DNA of 63,339 nucleotides, filler included, from Dugesia japonica (GCA_001938525.1; 6 parts of 6 records of this genome joined end to end with filler, not necessarily neighbours in it), one strand, 5' to 3'; counted from the whole stretch's first letter, positions 40,091 to 54,066 are shown. The notes: generated by a model from the sequence alone, not told the origin. Program-made: numbers and translations.

Positions 40091-40716
40091 ATTAATTGAG
40101 AACATTTCTTAGAGCAAAATGATAAAAAACATAGAACTGTTTTCATAAAAATCATAATTTCATGAAAACTTCTTATATATAACTAATNNNNNNNNNNNNN
40201 NNNNNNNNNNNNNNNNNNNNNNNNNNNNNNNNNNNNNNNNNNNNNNNNNNNNNNNNNNNNNNNNNNNNNNNNNNNNNNNNNNNNNNNNNNNNNNNNNNNN
40301 NNNNNNNNNNNNNNNNNNNNNNNNNNNNNNNNNNNNNNNNNNNNNNNNNNNNNNNNNNNNNNNNNNNNNNNNNNNNNNNNNNNNNNNNNNNNNNNNNNNN
40401 NNNNNNNNNNNNNNAAATGGTCCCTATACATAAACAAATTGGAATAAGTTTTTTTAACTATGAAAATGGTAAATATTGCTGAAGTTTGAAGTAGAGATTT
40501 ATTAGAAGACGTTGGATCAAGAATGATTTGAAATGCAGATACTTGCAACTCGTACAGAATTTATTGCGTTAGTGTGTGTCAGAATGGTGAATGTCATAGT
40601 ATTATGGAAAGATATTATGGTCATTGGTTTTATTGGAAAAATTATTTTTTATGTCCTAATTTTATGGTATTAGGTTTAGAGGACTATTTAAATTTTTATA
40701 AGACACAAAAAATCAC

Positions 40717-43700
40717 TTGACAAGTTTCACTAAAAATAAAAGAAATTTACTAAAAGCAATATTAGACAGACAAACACATAGACAGTTAGATGAACGAACA
40801 GTAAATAATATAGTTAAGTTAAAAGAACCGGAAGTTAATACAATCAAGAATATCATTAAAGATGACGAAGAAGAAGAAACAAGCAATATGGAACCTAAAG
40901 AAAAAGAAAAAACAATCAAAAATGAACCAGATGAAGAGAATCGGAATAGTTTGAAACTATTTGACAAAATTGGGGACGAGGACATTGTATTACATCAGTT
41001 TATGGATTCGGAAGAAAATATGTAAGATGGTAGATCAATAACTAATACTGATTATGACGCCAAACTACTTGACAAAATTTGGGATGAGGACATTGTATTA
41101 CAAGAGTTCATGGAATTAGAAGAAAATATTCAATGCGGTAGATCAATAATTGCTACTGATAATAGAATAGTGATAATAGAAACAAATTTAAATCGTTGTT
41201 ATCGTGTTTTAAAAATAGATGTCTTAAGTTGTAATTGTCGTGAAATTATTTTAGCAGAAGCAATAGTAAATAAAGTATTCTAGTCAATAGAAGAAATGAA
41301 ACATGTTAAAATAAATTTTGGGGTACATGTTTTGCTTAAAAGGATAACAACAACTGCTGATGGAGAAGAAAAGGAGTTTATAACCTGTAGAATATCAAAT
41401 AGAGCCGCTACATTAACTGATAACTTTTTTGAAGATGGGATCAACCAATTAAATGAGAAAATAACAATAAGAAGCGAACTAAGCTCCAGTTGAATGTCGA
41501 ACAGAAAACTTGAAATTAGTTTCAAGATCACAAAGATTGCAAATATGTGTCGACTTTCGGGAAAAGGTTATATTCTAACACCGAAAGAATTAAAAATGAA
41601 AAAATCAATTGTAAACATCAAGAACGATGATAATGTCTGTTTTATTTACAGTATTCTTGCTGTTACCAAAAAACGATCAAGTTGGAGAAATAAATAGAAA
41701 CTGACCAGTAAAATATAAGAAATACATGTCAGAGCTTGTATTCGACAAAAAGGATATGCCAATGAAACTGATTGATATACTAAAGGTTGAGAAGAATAAT
41801 CCAGGACTATCCATCAATGTCCTATCATGGAATCAAGAATCAGTGAAGGATGAAGAAGATGACATAGTAATGTAACCTCCATATTTGAATATAATACACT
41901 GATCAAAATTTATAGATGGAGAGAAAATATATCTGTTATTACTGGAAAATAATAATAGATTTCATTACACCGCAGTAATTAATCTAAATCGCCTAATGAA
42001 TAGGGATAATAAAAGACAAGGTGTTCGCATTCAATCCACATGGTGTTCTAACTGAATCAATGGGTTCAAATATAGAGTAGCTTATGAGAAATATGAACCA
42101 ATTTGTGAAAAGATCCAAACAGATAAATAATTTTACCAACGAAACAAAATACAGACAGTTTTTTCGAGATGACTGTGTGTATAAGTTTTTAAAGGCTGTG
42201 AAGGAAATAAGCGAAAACATTGTGTTTCCTTATTATGAAACGAAAGGAAAAAAAATTATAATAACATTGGAACGAGATAAAGAATTCAAAGCTGAAAAAA
42301 TTTGTTACTTATGTAAGAAGGAAATAAGAGATTCCGTTCGTGACCATGACCATTTCACAGGGAAATATTGAGGAGCAGCATGCAACCAATGCCATTTAAG
42401 TAAACAATTACATATTTAGCTACCAGTGGTCTTTCATAATTAACGAGGATATGATCTTCATCATATCCTCAAGTATGGTATTAATAAATCTAAGAATTGG
42501 GCAATATCCTGCATCCCAACAACAACAGAAAAATTTTTATGTTTAATTGTACGACAAATCAAAAAACAATTAAATTCATCGATAGTTATCAATTCATAAA
42601 TTCTTCATTGGGCTCTGCTGTCAAATTCTTAAAAGCGACACCATTGACTACAGAGGAGTTTAAGAATNNNNNNNNNNNNNNNNNNNNNGGGGATATTTCC
42701 GTACAGTTTTGCAACGCGCTTACAGGTTCTGAAAGAAACAAAGCAAATGCCACTAAAATGGGAGGAAGTTAGTTGGGAAGAGTATGAGAAAGCATTATCG
42801 ATGTGGGAAATATTTAACTGCATTTAAAGCTGGATGTGTATTTATTAGCTCATTGTTTCCAGCGATTTCGTGCAAAGTTTTTAGCATGCAACAATTTGGA
42901 ACCGTTGAACCTTTTCGGAATACCCGGAATGTCATGGGCATCTGAGTTGATGGAATTAGAAAAACCGATTGAGTTGCTCCAAGATAACGATATGTAAACC
43001 TTTTTCGAAGGAGATATAAGAGGAGGGTTAACATTAGTTAACAAGCACCATATTGCCACTAGTGAAAATATTGACTTGTTGTATATAGATATAAATAATC
43101 TATATGGTTTGGCACTTAGTCAAAGGTTGCCCTTTCCAAATTTTGAATAGATCTATGTTAGATTAGATCGGGTCTTGGAAGAGTGTAAGAATGCAGACTT
43201 AGACTCATTGCCATATTGATACACACTAGAGGTGGACATGGTGATTTCTGCAGATATTCATGATTATTTGAATGATTTACCAGTTGCAGCTGAATATAGA
43301 AGCACTCCAGATTGTAAAGGGAAGAAATTAATGTTAACGCACTACTCCAAGAACAATTGTGTAGTGCACTGGAGATTGCTGCAGATTTAAGTTTATGGGT
43401 TTAAGTAACAGAGGTTCATCAAGGAGTTCAATTCAGTTAGGCTTCAATATTTGAGAATTATATCAACACCAACACAATTCTCAGATCAAATTGTGTTACG
43501 GAATTGGAAAAGAATTAATACAAACTGTTAAATAACAGGTTATATCAAAAATCAGTTGAGAATCTTAAGAACAGTATCAATTTGTGCTTATGTAATTCAG
43601 CAAAGAAGCTGATTACATATACATCAAAAACCGGACTTAAGAAAACTATAAAAATTGATGATGATTTAATTGCTGTTCTTCTTAATAAGGACATAGTTTG

Positions 43701-44244
43701 TTTAGATCATCCGAGCTATTTAGGACAAACTGTACTTGACCTCTCAAAATTGAGAATGTATAAACTTCATTACATTAAGTTGGACAAGTATATGAAGTAT
43801 ATGAAATGTAAAATTAATATTTTAGACGGCGATACAGATAATTCTTTTCTAGAAATAGAAAATACTAAATTAGAAAATATCACATTAAGTATGGTGAGAG
43901 ATCAGTGACTTGATACTTCAAATTATGATAAAGATCATACCCTTTATAGTAACAGTATGAACTCAGTTAAAGGGAAATTCATAGATGAGAATAAAGGAAA
44001 AAAGTATCAAGAAATGATATTTATGTGGCCAAAATGCTATAGCCTGCTTGGAGAAAAGAACAGCATGAGAGCCAAAGGCATAACATTGAATAAAACTGAA
44101 ATTTCTCATCAGTCTTACTTTGACTGTTTTAATGAGAACAAATCTGTCTCAGTAGAGCAATTCAGAATAACATCAAAAAACCATCAGCTCTACAGCATTA
44201 AGTCGAACTATTTTTCAAAAGCACTCAAATTATTGGGAAGATAA
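40717..44244 (+). pseudogene. Polinton protein-primed family B DNA polymerase with endonuclease VII (HNH) insertion
   Basis: IVNIKNDDNVCFIYSILA; CYLC...VRDHDHFTGKY*GAACNQC; VVFHN*RGYD; FIDSYQF; GIFPY; YIDINNLYG; KLLNNRLY.K; GDTD; GKF.DE; PKCY; AKGI; many stops and frameshifts. Confidence 0.93.
40954..41163 (+). repeat. 108-bp (36-codon) in-frame tandem duplication in the pPolB N-terminal region
   Basis: Copies begin at 40954 and 41062 (KL.DKI.DEDIVL..FM..EEN). Confidence 0.85.
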
Positions 44245-45015
44245 AATCGAATTCTTCAGAAAGTACATATAATATATAATTAGTATAACAATATAGATTG
44301 TGGCATATGTTCTCAATGATTTTGTGGAACCGGAGCATTCAAGATCGCAAAATCTATTCGCATGCACAAACGGATTTGAAAATAAATAAGTAAGAGTAAT
44401 ATTTCATTTATTATAACATACATTTTGTAACACACACACTTACAAATATAGGGTTTTACATTTTACTTTATAATTTATTAAGTTTGAATTATAATTTTTA
44501 AGTTTTAAATAATAATCCTAAATTAATAAATAATATATTTTAAATTATANNNNNNNNNNNNNNNNNNNNNNNNNNNNNNNNNNNNNNNNNNNNNNNNNNN
44601 NNNNNNNNNNNNNNNNNNNNNNNNNNNNNNNNNNNNNNNNNNNNNNNNNNNNNNNNNNNNNNNNNNNNNNNNNNNNNNNNNNNNNNNNNNNNNNNNNNNN
44701 NNNNNNNNNNNNNNNNNNNNNNNNNNNNNNNNNNNNNNNNNNNNNNNNNNNNNNNNNNNNNNNNNNNNNNNNNNNNNNNNNNNNNNNNNNNNNNNNNNNN
44801 NNNNNNNNNNNNNNNAAAATCCGACAGTTACCGAAAATCAATACATATCAGACATAGTACCTCAAGAATTTGTAAATGAATTTTCTATGAAAGCTGCGAA
44901 TAACAAGCATGGCTTTTTGATTTTATCAACTTCCATATTGGCACTACAAGATATGACAATACAAAGGTTTCAATCATCGATGGTTATAATGATACAAACA
45001 TATACATAACGGCCA

Positions 45016-46465
45016 TGGCAACTGAATAGTCAAGATGATGCTTATAATGTAACAATAAGAAGATATGGCTATATTAGTATTGAAACTAAAGAAAGAGTAA
45101 TAAGCCCGGTTTTGGAGCGGAGCCCAGAGCTGGAGCGCCGAGTTTCGGAGCACAATAACTTTGATTGCTCCACTGCTCCAGTTTATTAAAAAATAAATTA
45201 TGTAATAAACGTAGTAAATGTACTAAAGTAGATATACTAAACTAGTGCATACAATGTATGTCATACATACATCGCGTACATACATTTCCTTGCTGGAGTT
45301 TATGTCGATCCACGCTATAGGATTTTACTAAGTTCATCTCAAAATTTGAAAGCTAAAGCTATGTAACAACTTGAAATAAAGTTTATTTAGTAAATTTACA
45401 GTAAAAAAACTTTTTTCTTTTAACTTATGAAGATTTGTAATTTTTATAAATTTTCCTTGGATCATGGAGCGGAACTGGAGCAGAACATCATAAAAATTGG
45501 ACTGTTCCAGAGCNCTAGTAATAAGAGCTTTGGAAAGGGGAAATTACATTCGAAGCGATGTGGCAGAACTATTTGAAATTACTTATCCCAGAATATGTAA
45601 AATATCGGAAAGCCGATTCAAAACATACAAAGAAAAACATTTAAACCCAAAAAACTAAATACGGATCAGATCAATTTTATACAGGCAGAACTGGACAATA
45701 ATTGTTCATTGACTCTAAACGAATTAAAATCAAAAATTCTTGAAACTAATAATATTACAGTGAGTTTACCAACAATGCAAAGATATATACAATCGTTTCA
45801 TTATAGTATAAGGAGGACCCAGGTTATGGAAACACCAGCGGTAACCAACAAAATACAAGAACAGAGAAAAATGTGGGGCAATTCGTTTCTTAGTTTTTAC
45901 AACATCCAAAGAACCATCATGTTTTTCTGTGAAACCTGGACCCAGATATCTGTGAAAAGGTTTTATGGCAGGTTTCAAGTTGGAAAAAGGGCTCAAGTAT
46001 TAGCTCATTTGTTATGTACGCGAAATAAAAACGTAATGGCTGCTATATTAAAAGACAGGGTGTTTTACTATAAGATATTAGAAGNATCAAGCAATCTGGT
46101 TACAAGTGCAGAGTATCTAAAAGAATTATTCATAAAGCTAAGAACAGAGGATATTAATAAAGTTGCTATCAAAATGGACAATAATTCGTTTCATCGTTGT
46201 ATTGAGACAAGAGATATGATAAACAAGAACGGACATGAACTTATATTCCTATCACCATACAGTCCGTTTTTAATACGATAGAATATGTCTTTTTTCAATA
46301 GAAGTCATTAGTGCGAACAGTAAATTTAACAAATGAAGAGCAACTTCATAATCTTATACCACTTGCTTACCAACATATAACAAATGAACACTGTCGAAAC
46401 TTTTATCAGCATGTTAGAAATAATGCAATTAGCTGTCTTGCTGGTAATAATGTCTACAATCAATA
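45016..46465 (+). pseudogene. IS630-Tc1-type transposase, interrupted by a MITE
   Basis: HTH-like N-terminus (ETKERVIRAL...DVAELFEI), then MDNNSFH...LIFLSPYSPFL; frameshifts. Confidence 0.8.
45105..45517. mobile_element. hAT-type MITE with 8-bp TSD
   Basis: GTAATAAG at 45097-45104 and 45518-45525; GGAGC subterminal repeats; removal restores the host reading frame. Confidence 0.8.
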
Positions 46466-47949
46466 AATTTTTCTAGTTTATTTATTTTATTATAATTTAT
46501 ATTTTGAAAATACCTTTACTACAATCTAAAACGTAAAATTTATTATTATTAATTATATTTTTCCTTTCTATAATTAAAATTTTCTTACCTATAACTTAAA
46601 ATATATTATCCTTAAATTTAAGATTATTATTTCAAACTTGAAAATGATAATTCACGCTTAAAATATAACAAAGTAAAATTTAAAACCCTATATATATATA
46701 TATATATATATATACATTAAGGATTTAAAATTAAGATTAGGTATTTTAAACATAAATTAAATTTTATTTTAATCCAAACCATTAGATAGTATATGAATTT
46801 TTTTTATAAAAGCTAAAGATTTTAATTTGTTTAAATATGTTATTTTAATACTAATAATTTCAATATTTTTAAATAATGTGAGAATGCATAATATTGGTAA
46901 TCAATATTTTTTTCAATATTTTTAATTGTTATATATATTGTAAGTTATTTTTTCAAGGTATTTATCATATTTTAGATATGTTAAATGCACGATGATATAT
47001 TTAATAAAAATGTCGAATTAGTTATTTTGTGGTAAATATGAAAATCGTGCTATTACATTTGACATGTCAAGGATGCTTACAGTTTACAGTGTTGAAGAGA
47101 AGATAGTGCAAATTAAAACAAGAGTACATGAATAATCTAGTTTTACTTGTAAATCATCTATAAAAAATCTGTTTCAAATGATTATTTACAAAAGGAAAAT
47201 AATTCAAAAATATTTAATATAATTTTCACGTTTATTATTTTTTAAGTTTAAATCAAGCTTAAAACGATTTTGGTAATTAAATTTATTTATTAAGATCTTT
47301 CTAGTATATAAACATGTATTAAATAACAATAAAATTGATTCATGAAACTGCATTTTCTTTTATTTATATACATAACATTATTTATTGATTTTCGTGACCT
47401 TGTTTCATTGGATAACGGATTAATTTGATCGTGTAAAGTTTTACTATTATCATAATTCATTTGACATTTTTTGCCTTTCGTAACGCTTTCAATAATCAAT
47501 AGCAAATATATTTTAATTGTTATTTATACATTAACCACTTAAATAAAATTTTGGTGGTAGTTTATCTATAGTTTTCTACAATTACTAATCTCACTACAAA
47601 ATACAAATTTTATTTTTCAAAACGGAATCANNNNNNNNNNNNNNNNNNNNNNNNNNNNNNNNNNNNNNNNNNNNNNNNNNNNNNNNNNATTTTAATTATT
47701 CTTTAATGTTAGGAAGTTTTTAATAGTATAATATAATGTTAAAAGAAACAGATTTACTCGTGTATTTTAATAAAAAAAATTGAAATTGAAGATGTCAGAT
47801 ATCAATAGTTAACAGAACTGTAATGTAATCTATTCTTCAATATAAAAACGGTTCTATAACAAAAGGCCACATGCACATATGGACGAAACCCCACCTTTTC
47901 GCAATTTTTATTATTTTAATCTCAATTTCCTCTTGTTTTGTTGGGTGGA

Positions 47950-48049
47950 NNNNNNNNNNNNNNNNNNNNNNNNNNNNNNNNNNNNNNNNNNNNTTAATTA
48001 ATTAANNNNNNNNNNNNNNNNNNNNNNNNNNNNNNNNNNNNNNNNNNNN
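47950..48049. other. Artificial 100-bp contig spacer
   Basis: 44 N + TTAATTAATTAA (47994-48005) + 44 N. Confidence 0.95.
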
Positions 48050-48463
48050 AAAGAAATTTAGATGATTAAATGAAATAGTTTGTGCATTATTGAAAAAGTC
48101 ACCTTACATATTGAACTCAGAAGTATTAACAAATCAAGTGTTGGTATTGATTATTGTAATGTTTATATATTTTAACTTACACTAACTTTTATTATTTAGC
48201 TTTATAATTATTTTAATTAATTTTATTTGTCTAAGGAAGTCTGTTGAGCCCGGTAAAGTTTCCTGTCTCAATGTTGGGACAGCCGGGGTGTATGTTATGT
48301 GTATTATTATTTAATTTTTACAATACATTGACAANNNNNNNNNNNNNNNNNNNNNNNNNNNNNNNNNNNNNNNNNNNNNNNNNNNNNNNNNNNNNNNNNN
48401 NNNNNNNNNNNNNNNNNNNNNNNNNNNNNNNNNNNNNNNNNNNNNNNNTCGCATTTGAGATTT

Positions 48464-48566
48464 CATTAAAATAAGATAAAGCTTCGATCAAAACAAAATT
48501 TATTTGTAAAATAAATAAATAAACAAATAAATTTTGTTTTGATCGAAGCTTTATCTTATTTTAATG
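48464..48566. repeat. Perfect 44-bp-arm hairpin, same family as the 13.1-kb PLE-like end
   Basis: 48464-48507 equals the reverse complement of 48523-48566. Confidence 0.9.
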
Positions 48567-48986
48567 TAATAATTTACAGTTTTTCTTTTTGAAAAATATC
48601 CAACTGAATTTCGGGTTTGAAATAATTTCTTTAGTTTTACAAAGTTCTTCTTTTAGATCTTTGATTTTGGCTTTGTTGTGTTGTTCGACGATTACAAATT
48701 CATATATCGTTGTTATTTTTCCAGTGGAATTGAATCTTTTCAAAGTTTTGATTTTAACGGCGATTATGAAATATTTCAACAGTTTCTGATTTATTTCCAA
48801 TTTAACTCTTTTAATGCGGTAAACGAAAAAAATAGTTGATCTGAAAAATGCAAATTTTTCATGAAAAATAAAGTTTTCTATAAATTTTTTTTTACTTTTT
48901 TTTGAGAATATCATGATTTAATACAACAAAAAATAGTCGTCAGGTTATGTTTTGGCGGGAAGGGGGCTCAAAAAATGAAATTTAAA

Positions 48987-49978
48987 TATCAAAAAATTCT
49001 TTTTTTCGTAAAAAATTCGATAGTGATTATACAATTATTAGTCATTATTTATGATTTTAGAATGGAGGGAAAGTCATTATACCCACCCCGAGCTATGTTT
49101 ATGACAAGCATGTATTTTATTACAAACAAAGCAAATTTTACAGATAAATTACAACAATATATAATTAAAATTAACATCACGTTTTTTTATAGTCGATTTA
49201 TGCGTCGAAGAGGAAAAAAATTCGTGCGATTTTAGTCGCTTTTCGTGTCCAAAGGGTTAATATATTAATATATTTGAACCTGTCCAACAAGTTTCATTAT
49301 TTATTCATACTTTAATAAATTTTTATTATAGCTTATTATTATTATTATTATATATGTGTATGTATGTTTAAATACACACAAAATATACACATATTTGGTA
49401 AAATTAAAAAACATAAATAAATTAAAGTGCATAACAATTATTATTACTATTACTGCTTGTTGTATGAATGGATCAAAAAATTCTTTTTTTCGTAAAAAAT
49501 TCGATAGTGATTATACAATTATTAGTCATTATTTATGACTTTAGAATGGAGGGAAAGTCATTATATCCACCCCGAGCTATGTTTATGACAAGCATGTATT
49601 TTATTACAAACAAAGCAAATTTTACAGATAAATTGAAAACAATATATACTTAAAATTAACATCACGATTTTTTACAAGCTATGGACTATAGTCGATTTAT
49701 GCGTCGAAGAGGAAAAAAATTCGGGCGATTTTAGTCGCTTTACGTGTCCAAAGAGTTAATATATTAATATATTTGAACCTGTCCAACAATTTTCATTATT
49801 TATTCATACTTTAATAAATTTTTATTATAGTTTATTATTATTATTATTTTGTATGTATGTTTAAATACACACTTAATAACACACAAAATATACACATATA
49901 TGGTAAAATTAAAAAACAAATAAATTAAAGTACATAATAATTATTATTACTATTACTGCTTGTTGTATGAATGGATCA
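48987..49978. repeat. ~490-bp tandem duplication containing a piggyBac-like terminus
   Basis: Two diverged copies with no gap; ...GTGTCCAAAGGG-TTAA at 49245-49260 and ...CCAAAGAG-TTAA at ~49759. Confidence 0.75.
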
Positions 49979-50574
49979 TTGTTTAAACCCCAATAACTGA
50001 AATGGCTCACGAATAATTCGTGACACTGGGAAAACTAAAATAGGAAAATGGTGAGAGATAAACTACTAAAATTATACTATAAAAATATACTACTAAATTA
50101 CCACCAGCAATATATGTAACCCAATATGCAAAGATCATTTATCAGCCTGATTATGTCCTGATTGTAAATCTATGGGTAATGAATAAAACACATTATTTTT
50201 TCAAAATTTTATCGTAATTGTATATTTTTGAATTTTATTTAATCATATTTATCATTTTATGTTTTTTCCCTGATTTATGAATAAATTTTCAAAAAATATA
50301 ATATTTATTTTCTTTAAATANCGTTACAATACATCATAAATAATAAAATAAACAAGAAATATTGGATATTTCACATTTAATTTGTAAAGAACTAAGAGGC
50401 GGCTATTTGCTTATGCGTGACCAACAACGTTAGAAATTTTTACGCGACCAACGCGGGTTGGTTAATTAAACTCATTTTTATATTTTTTTATTACTTTTAC
50501 ATCACAAAAAAGCCGTTATTTTACAGATACCCAATTAATAATCATCGGTCATTTATTAATAAAGTTTAATATAA

Positions 50575-51121
50575 AAAATGGCTAAATATAGACAAAAGCT
50601 TGAATGTAATCGCAGCCGAATACATAAAGAATTACTTAAGAAATGGGAACATTTGAACTTATGAGAATGAGGGCCCTGATATTGAAGAAATATAAGAAGA
50701 TGATAGTAGTACATTGGTAGAAGGCGAGAGTAGCAATATATCAGGTAATCGGATATTTCATAGTATTGACCCTATTCCAGATAATTTATCTCATCTACTT
50801 GATTTATTTATGAATGAGTCAAAGAATGAGGATTTTGATGGTTTTTAGGGCAGAAAACCAGTCGAGATTAATCTATTTTAACAATTAAAATGTATTCTTT
50901 TCAATTTATTCTTTTACTTTTTTAGTAATTGCCAGCAGTTATGATGTAATCATGTTGTATTATATTACCCTATTATTTTACCTTAGATGGACCCATTATG
51001 TTTCTATATCAAATTGTAAATTTAAAAATAGTTCCTCGTATAAGCAGCACTAAGGATTTTTTTTTAAAAATCACCTTTTTTTCTCGTATTGTCCGCGGAC
51101 TATACGCCGTAATTTAGGGTA
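50575..51121 (+). mobile_element. pogo-like element 3' remnant
   Basis: Acidic tail LLDLFMNESKNEDFDGF* and terminus GGACTATACGCCGTAATTTAGGG-TA. Confidence 0.45.
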
Positions 51122-52140
51122 ATTCAAATAAAAGTTCATTAATGAATATTTGTATGCTTTATAATGGGTTTCTTTTAATTTTTTTAACAATAACGCAGTA
51201 ATTTCTTCGGAAAGCTTTATATTGAAAATTTTTATTGTTAACATTAAGTTGTCTTTTATTATTTGCATAAAAATGTTTCAATGAATTCTCCATAAATATA
51301 TATTTTAGAGTATTTATTTTGCATTACTGTTAGCAATTATTAAACATTTTTTACGTTTATTCTTAAAATGATTTTTGCTGTTAAAAACGAATTTATTGAC
51401 AAATCAATAGTTAAAAAAATAATTTTTAAATTTTAAAAAAATCATTGTATCATTATTAATTTTTAAATGGTTTTTCAACAACATACAATTTGTAATATAT
51501 GTAAAAACTTAGAATAAAATACATTTATAATTTTAAAAAAATGTTAAAATTATTCTTATTGCTTTCTTATTATCTTATTCTCTATTTTTTTCATTGAATT
51601 GAAAGCTTTGACTTAAATGTTTTTTTAATATTTTTTTTAGTTAATTAATCGAAAATTCGAATTACTAACAACAAATATAGAAAATATTAAAAAAAAACAA
51701 CACTTTGAGCGATGCTTTTGATTCAATGAAATCTCAAATGCGATCAATTGTTAAGTCCAACAATTATTCTCATAATAATTTAAATTGTATATTTATTCTT
51801 TTTTCAAAAAACAACATAAAAAAATTTGAAAATTTTAAAGTTACATATAATTTTTTCTGAGAATGATTTTTAAATTAATTGAAATTTTAAGTATTTTACG
51901 TAAAATTAATTTATTATTGAAGTTTTAAAGTGACTCTTAAAATAAAATCGAAAATCAGAATAATATTTAACATTTTTATAAATATAAAACATCGATTTTA
52001 TAATGTTGAAAAATTATACAATTCTTTTAACCTGAGAGGATAGTTTCTCAAAAATTTAATTGATTGTAAGAATTGGATTTTTTTAAATTATCTCTCTATT
52101 GTTAGAATTACCATATAATTCCATAAATAAGTCGTGGTAC

Positions 52141-52830
52141 CAGTGGCGTAACTAGGATATCCTTAAAATTGCTGCCCATACATATTTTAAGATAAAATTT
52201 GACCTTCCTTACAATTAATTTAATATACAATTTATAAAATACTTATATTGGTATAAAAACGAAAAAGCGCTGCAATTTAAATAGTAATAAGAATATAAAA
52301 TACACAAAAATACAAATTATAAATTATTAAAAATAAATGAACTAAAAATGTACTAAATAAAAGAGACATGCAAAAGTTGTTTGTATACATTGGTATAAAA
52401 ATAAAAAAGCACAGTAATATAATATAACCATCAACACAATATTATATAGCAATCATCAATTAAATGTGTTCTCAATCATCAACTGATAATTTTTAATTGT
52501 TTTTCAACGTTAATATCCTTCAACTATATTCTACAATTCACATGGTTACTCTTCTTGCTTTTTGTCTAGCAAAGTCATCGATGACATCATCGAAGTCTAT
52601 TTCCTCTGTTAATTGATATTCTATTGATAATCTAGCGAGATTTCTCAATCGTAGACTGTGCATGGAAGATCTTAAGTAAATCCTAATTAATTTTGATTAT
52701 GAGAAACTTCTTTCACAACTAGCCACACTTACAGCAATTGTCAGGAAAATTCNTAATAAAATGANAATATTTGGAACGGAATTTCCAAGATTGTATTTTT
52801 GAATAAACTGTAAAAGTTCAAGGGGGGCTT
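52141..52830 (-). mobile_element. hAT element 3' end with C-terminal dimerisation domain
   Basis: TIR CAGTGGCGTAACTAG at 52141; PNI.ILL.IFLTIAVSVASCERSFS*SKLIRIYLRSSM...RL.NLA.LSIE...IDDFARQKARR. Confidence 0.9.
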
Positions 52831-53781
52831 CCTTAAATGTTTATGTTTTGTCTCGCATAGCTGCAGTAGCAATGAAACTTATTAATCTTTTTCTTTCAAC
52901 AAAGAACTCTTCCTTATTAATGTATTGGTGGTACATTTCTAAAATTAATGGTTTTTACAAAAATAAAATTATATTCTATTGGATTTTTTACAAAAATATA
53001 AATTACTTAGATAAGTGGTTGCTTGTATATGAAAAAGTGAACTTTTTAAATTAAATATGGATTAATTGATTAGAAATAGTTTTGAATGATAAAATTTTAT
53101 TTCATTTTTTGAGTGAAATCATTCGAAAAAAAGATTAGATTCAATTCTGATAATCGTATATGTGACATTCGTTATCAAGATTTCGAGAAAAAATTAAATT
53201 CATCTAATTACATTTTGCATTTGTCTACTTTTAGACGTTGATTTAATGTCATTTTACGTGGAAATATAAAAGTACCTATAATTTTTGTTAATATTTCATG
53301 AAAAAAGGAAACCTAGCCAATTCTAAATTAAGTAGATTAGTTGAATTAGATTATATCGAGACAGTTTGGAGATTTTGAATAACATTAAAATAAAAAATTT
53401 GCATTGTTAGTATTGAAATTTTGCCATAATGTGACGAAATTTATTTCGAATGTGAAATCTATTTCTAAGCATATTTATTCTATTCGGTGTTGATTAGAGT
53501 AATGACCTTCATATTAGCATTTCATTGGAAAATTTTTATCAAATAGTTTATATGTTGGTACTACTAGTTTGCATCTGGTTTCACATATAATTGTATTATG
53601 TAAAATAATAAAATTCATTGTTGTCAACTTTATTCAAAAGTATTCATTCTATATCTTATTATTTTTATTTTTTGTATAATTTAGTGTAATGTGTTAAGTA
53701 AAGTAATTTTAATTCATGATTAAAATTTGAAATGAATAAGTTTTCATATATTTATCCTTTTTATAAATTATTCTACAAAAC

Positions 53782-54066
53782 TTGAGTCAGTTAGACAATA
53801 AAATTCTGCGTCGCCATGTGTACTCACCGTACATTTCGCCTACTAATTACAATTTCTACAAACATTTTGACACGTTCATGTTCGGGGAAAGTTTCAACAG
53901 CCGAGATGCATCAAGAACGCCCGATTTCTATTCTATTAAGTTAAATAAACTTGTAATTAGTTGGGAGAAATATGTACATAGTAATGGGTTTTATTTTGTT
54001 TAAGATGAGATCTGTTCATTTTAAGTTGAACTCAAAAAAAGAGCATCTATTTCTTTACTTCGTAAT
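53782..54066 (+). pseudogene. mariner transposase 3' fragment
   Basis: YSPYISPTNYNFYKHFD...SRTPDFY...NKLVISWEKYVHSNGFYF*. Confidence 0.85.

Noticed and set aside
40183-40548. ORF-track entries spanning N runs (also 44545..44841, 16331..16570 and others)
   Set aside because: Length is an artefact of the Ns.
48244-48290. GC hairpin as a Helitron/Helentron 3' end (similar at ~50445 and ~56795)
   Set aside because: No clear CTRR terminus or matching 5' end; too short to support.
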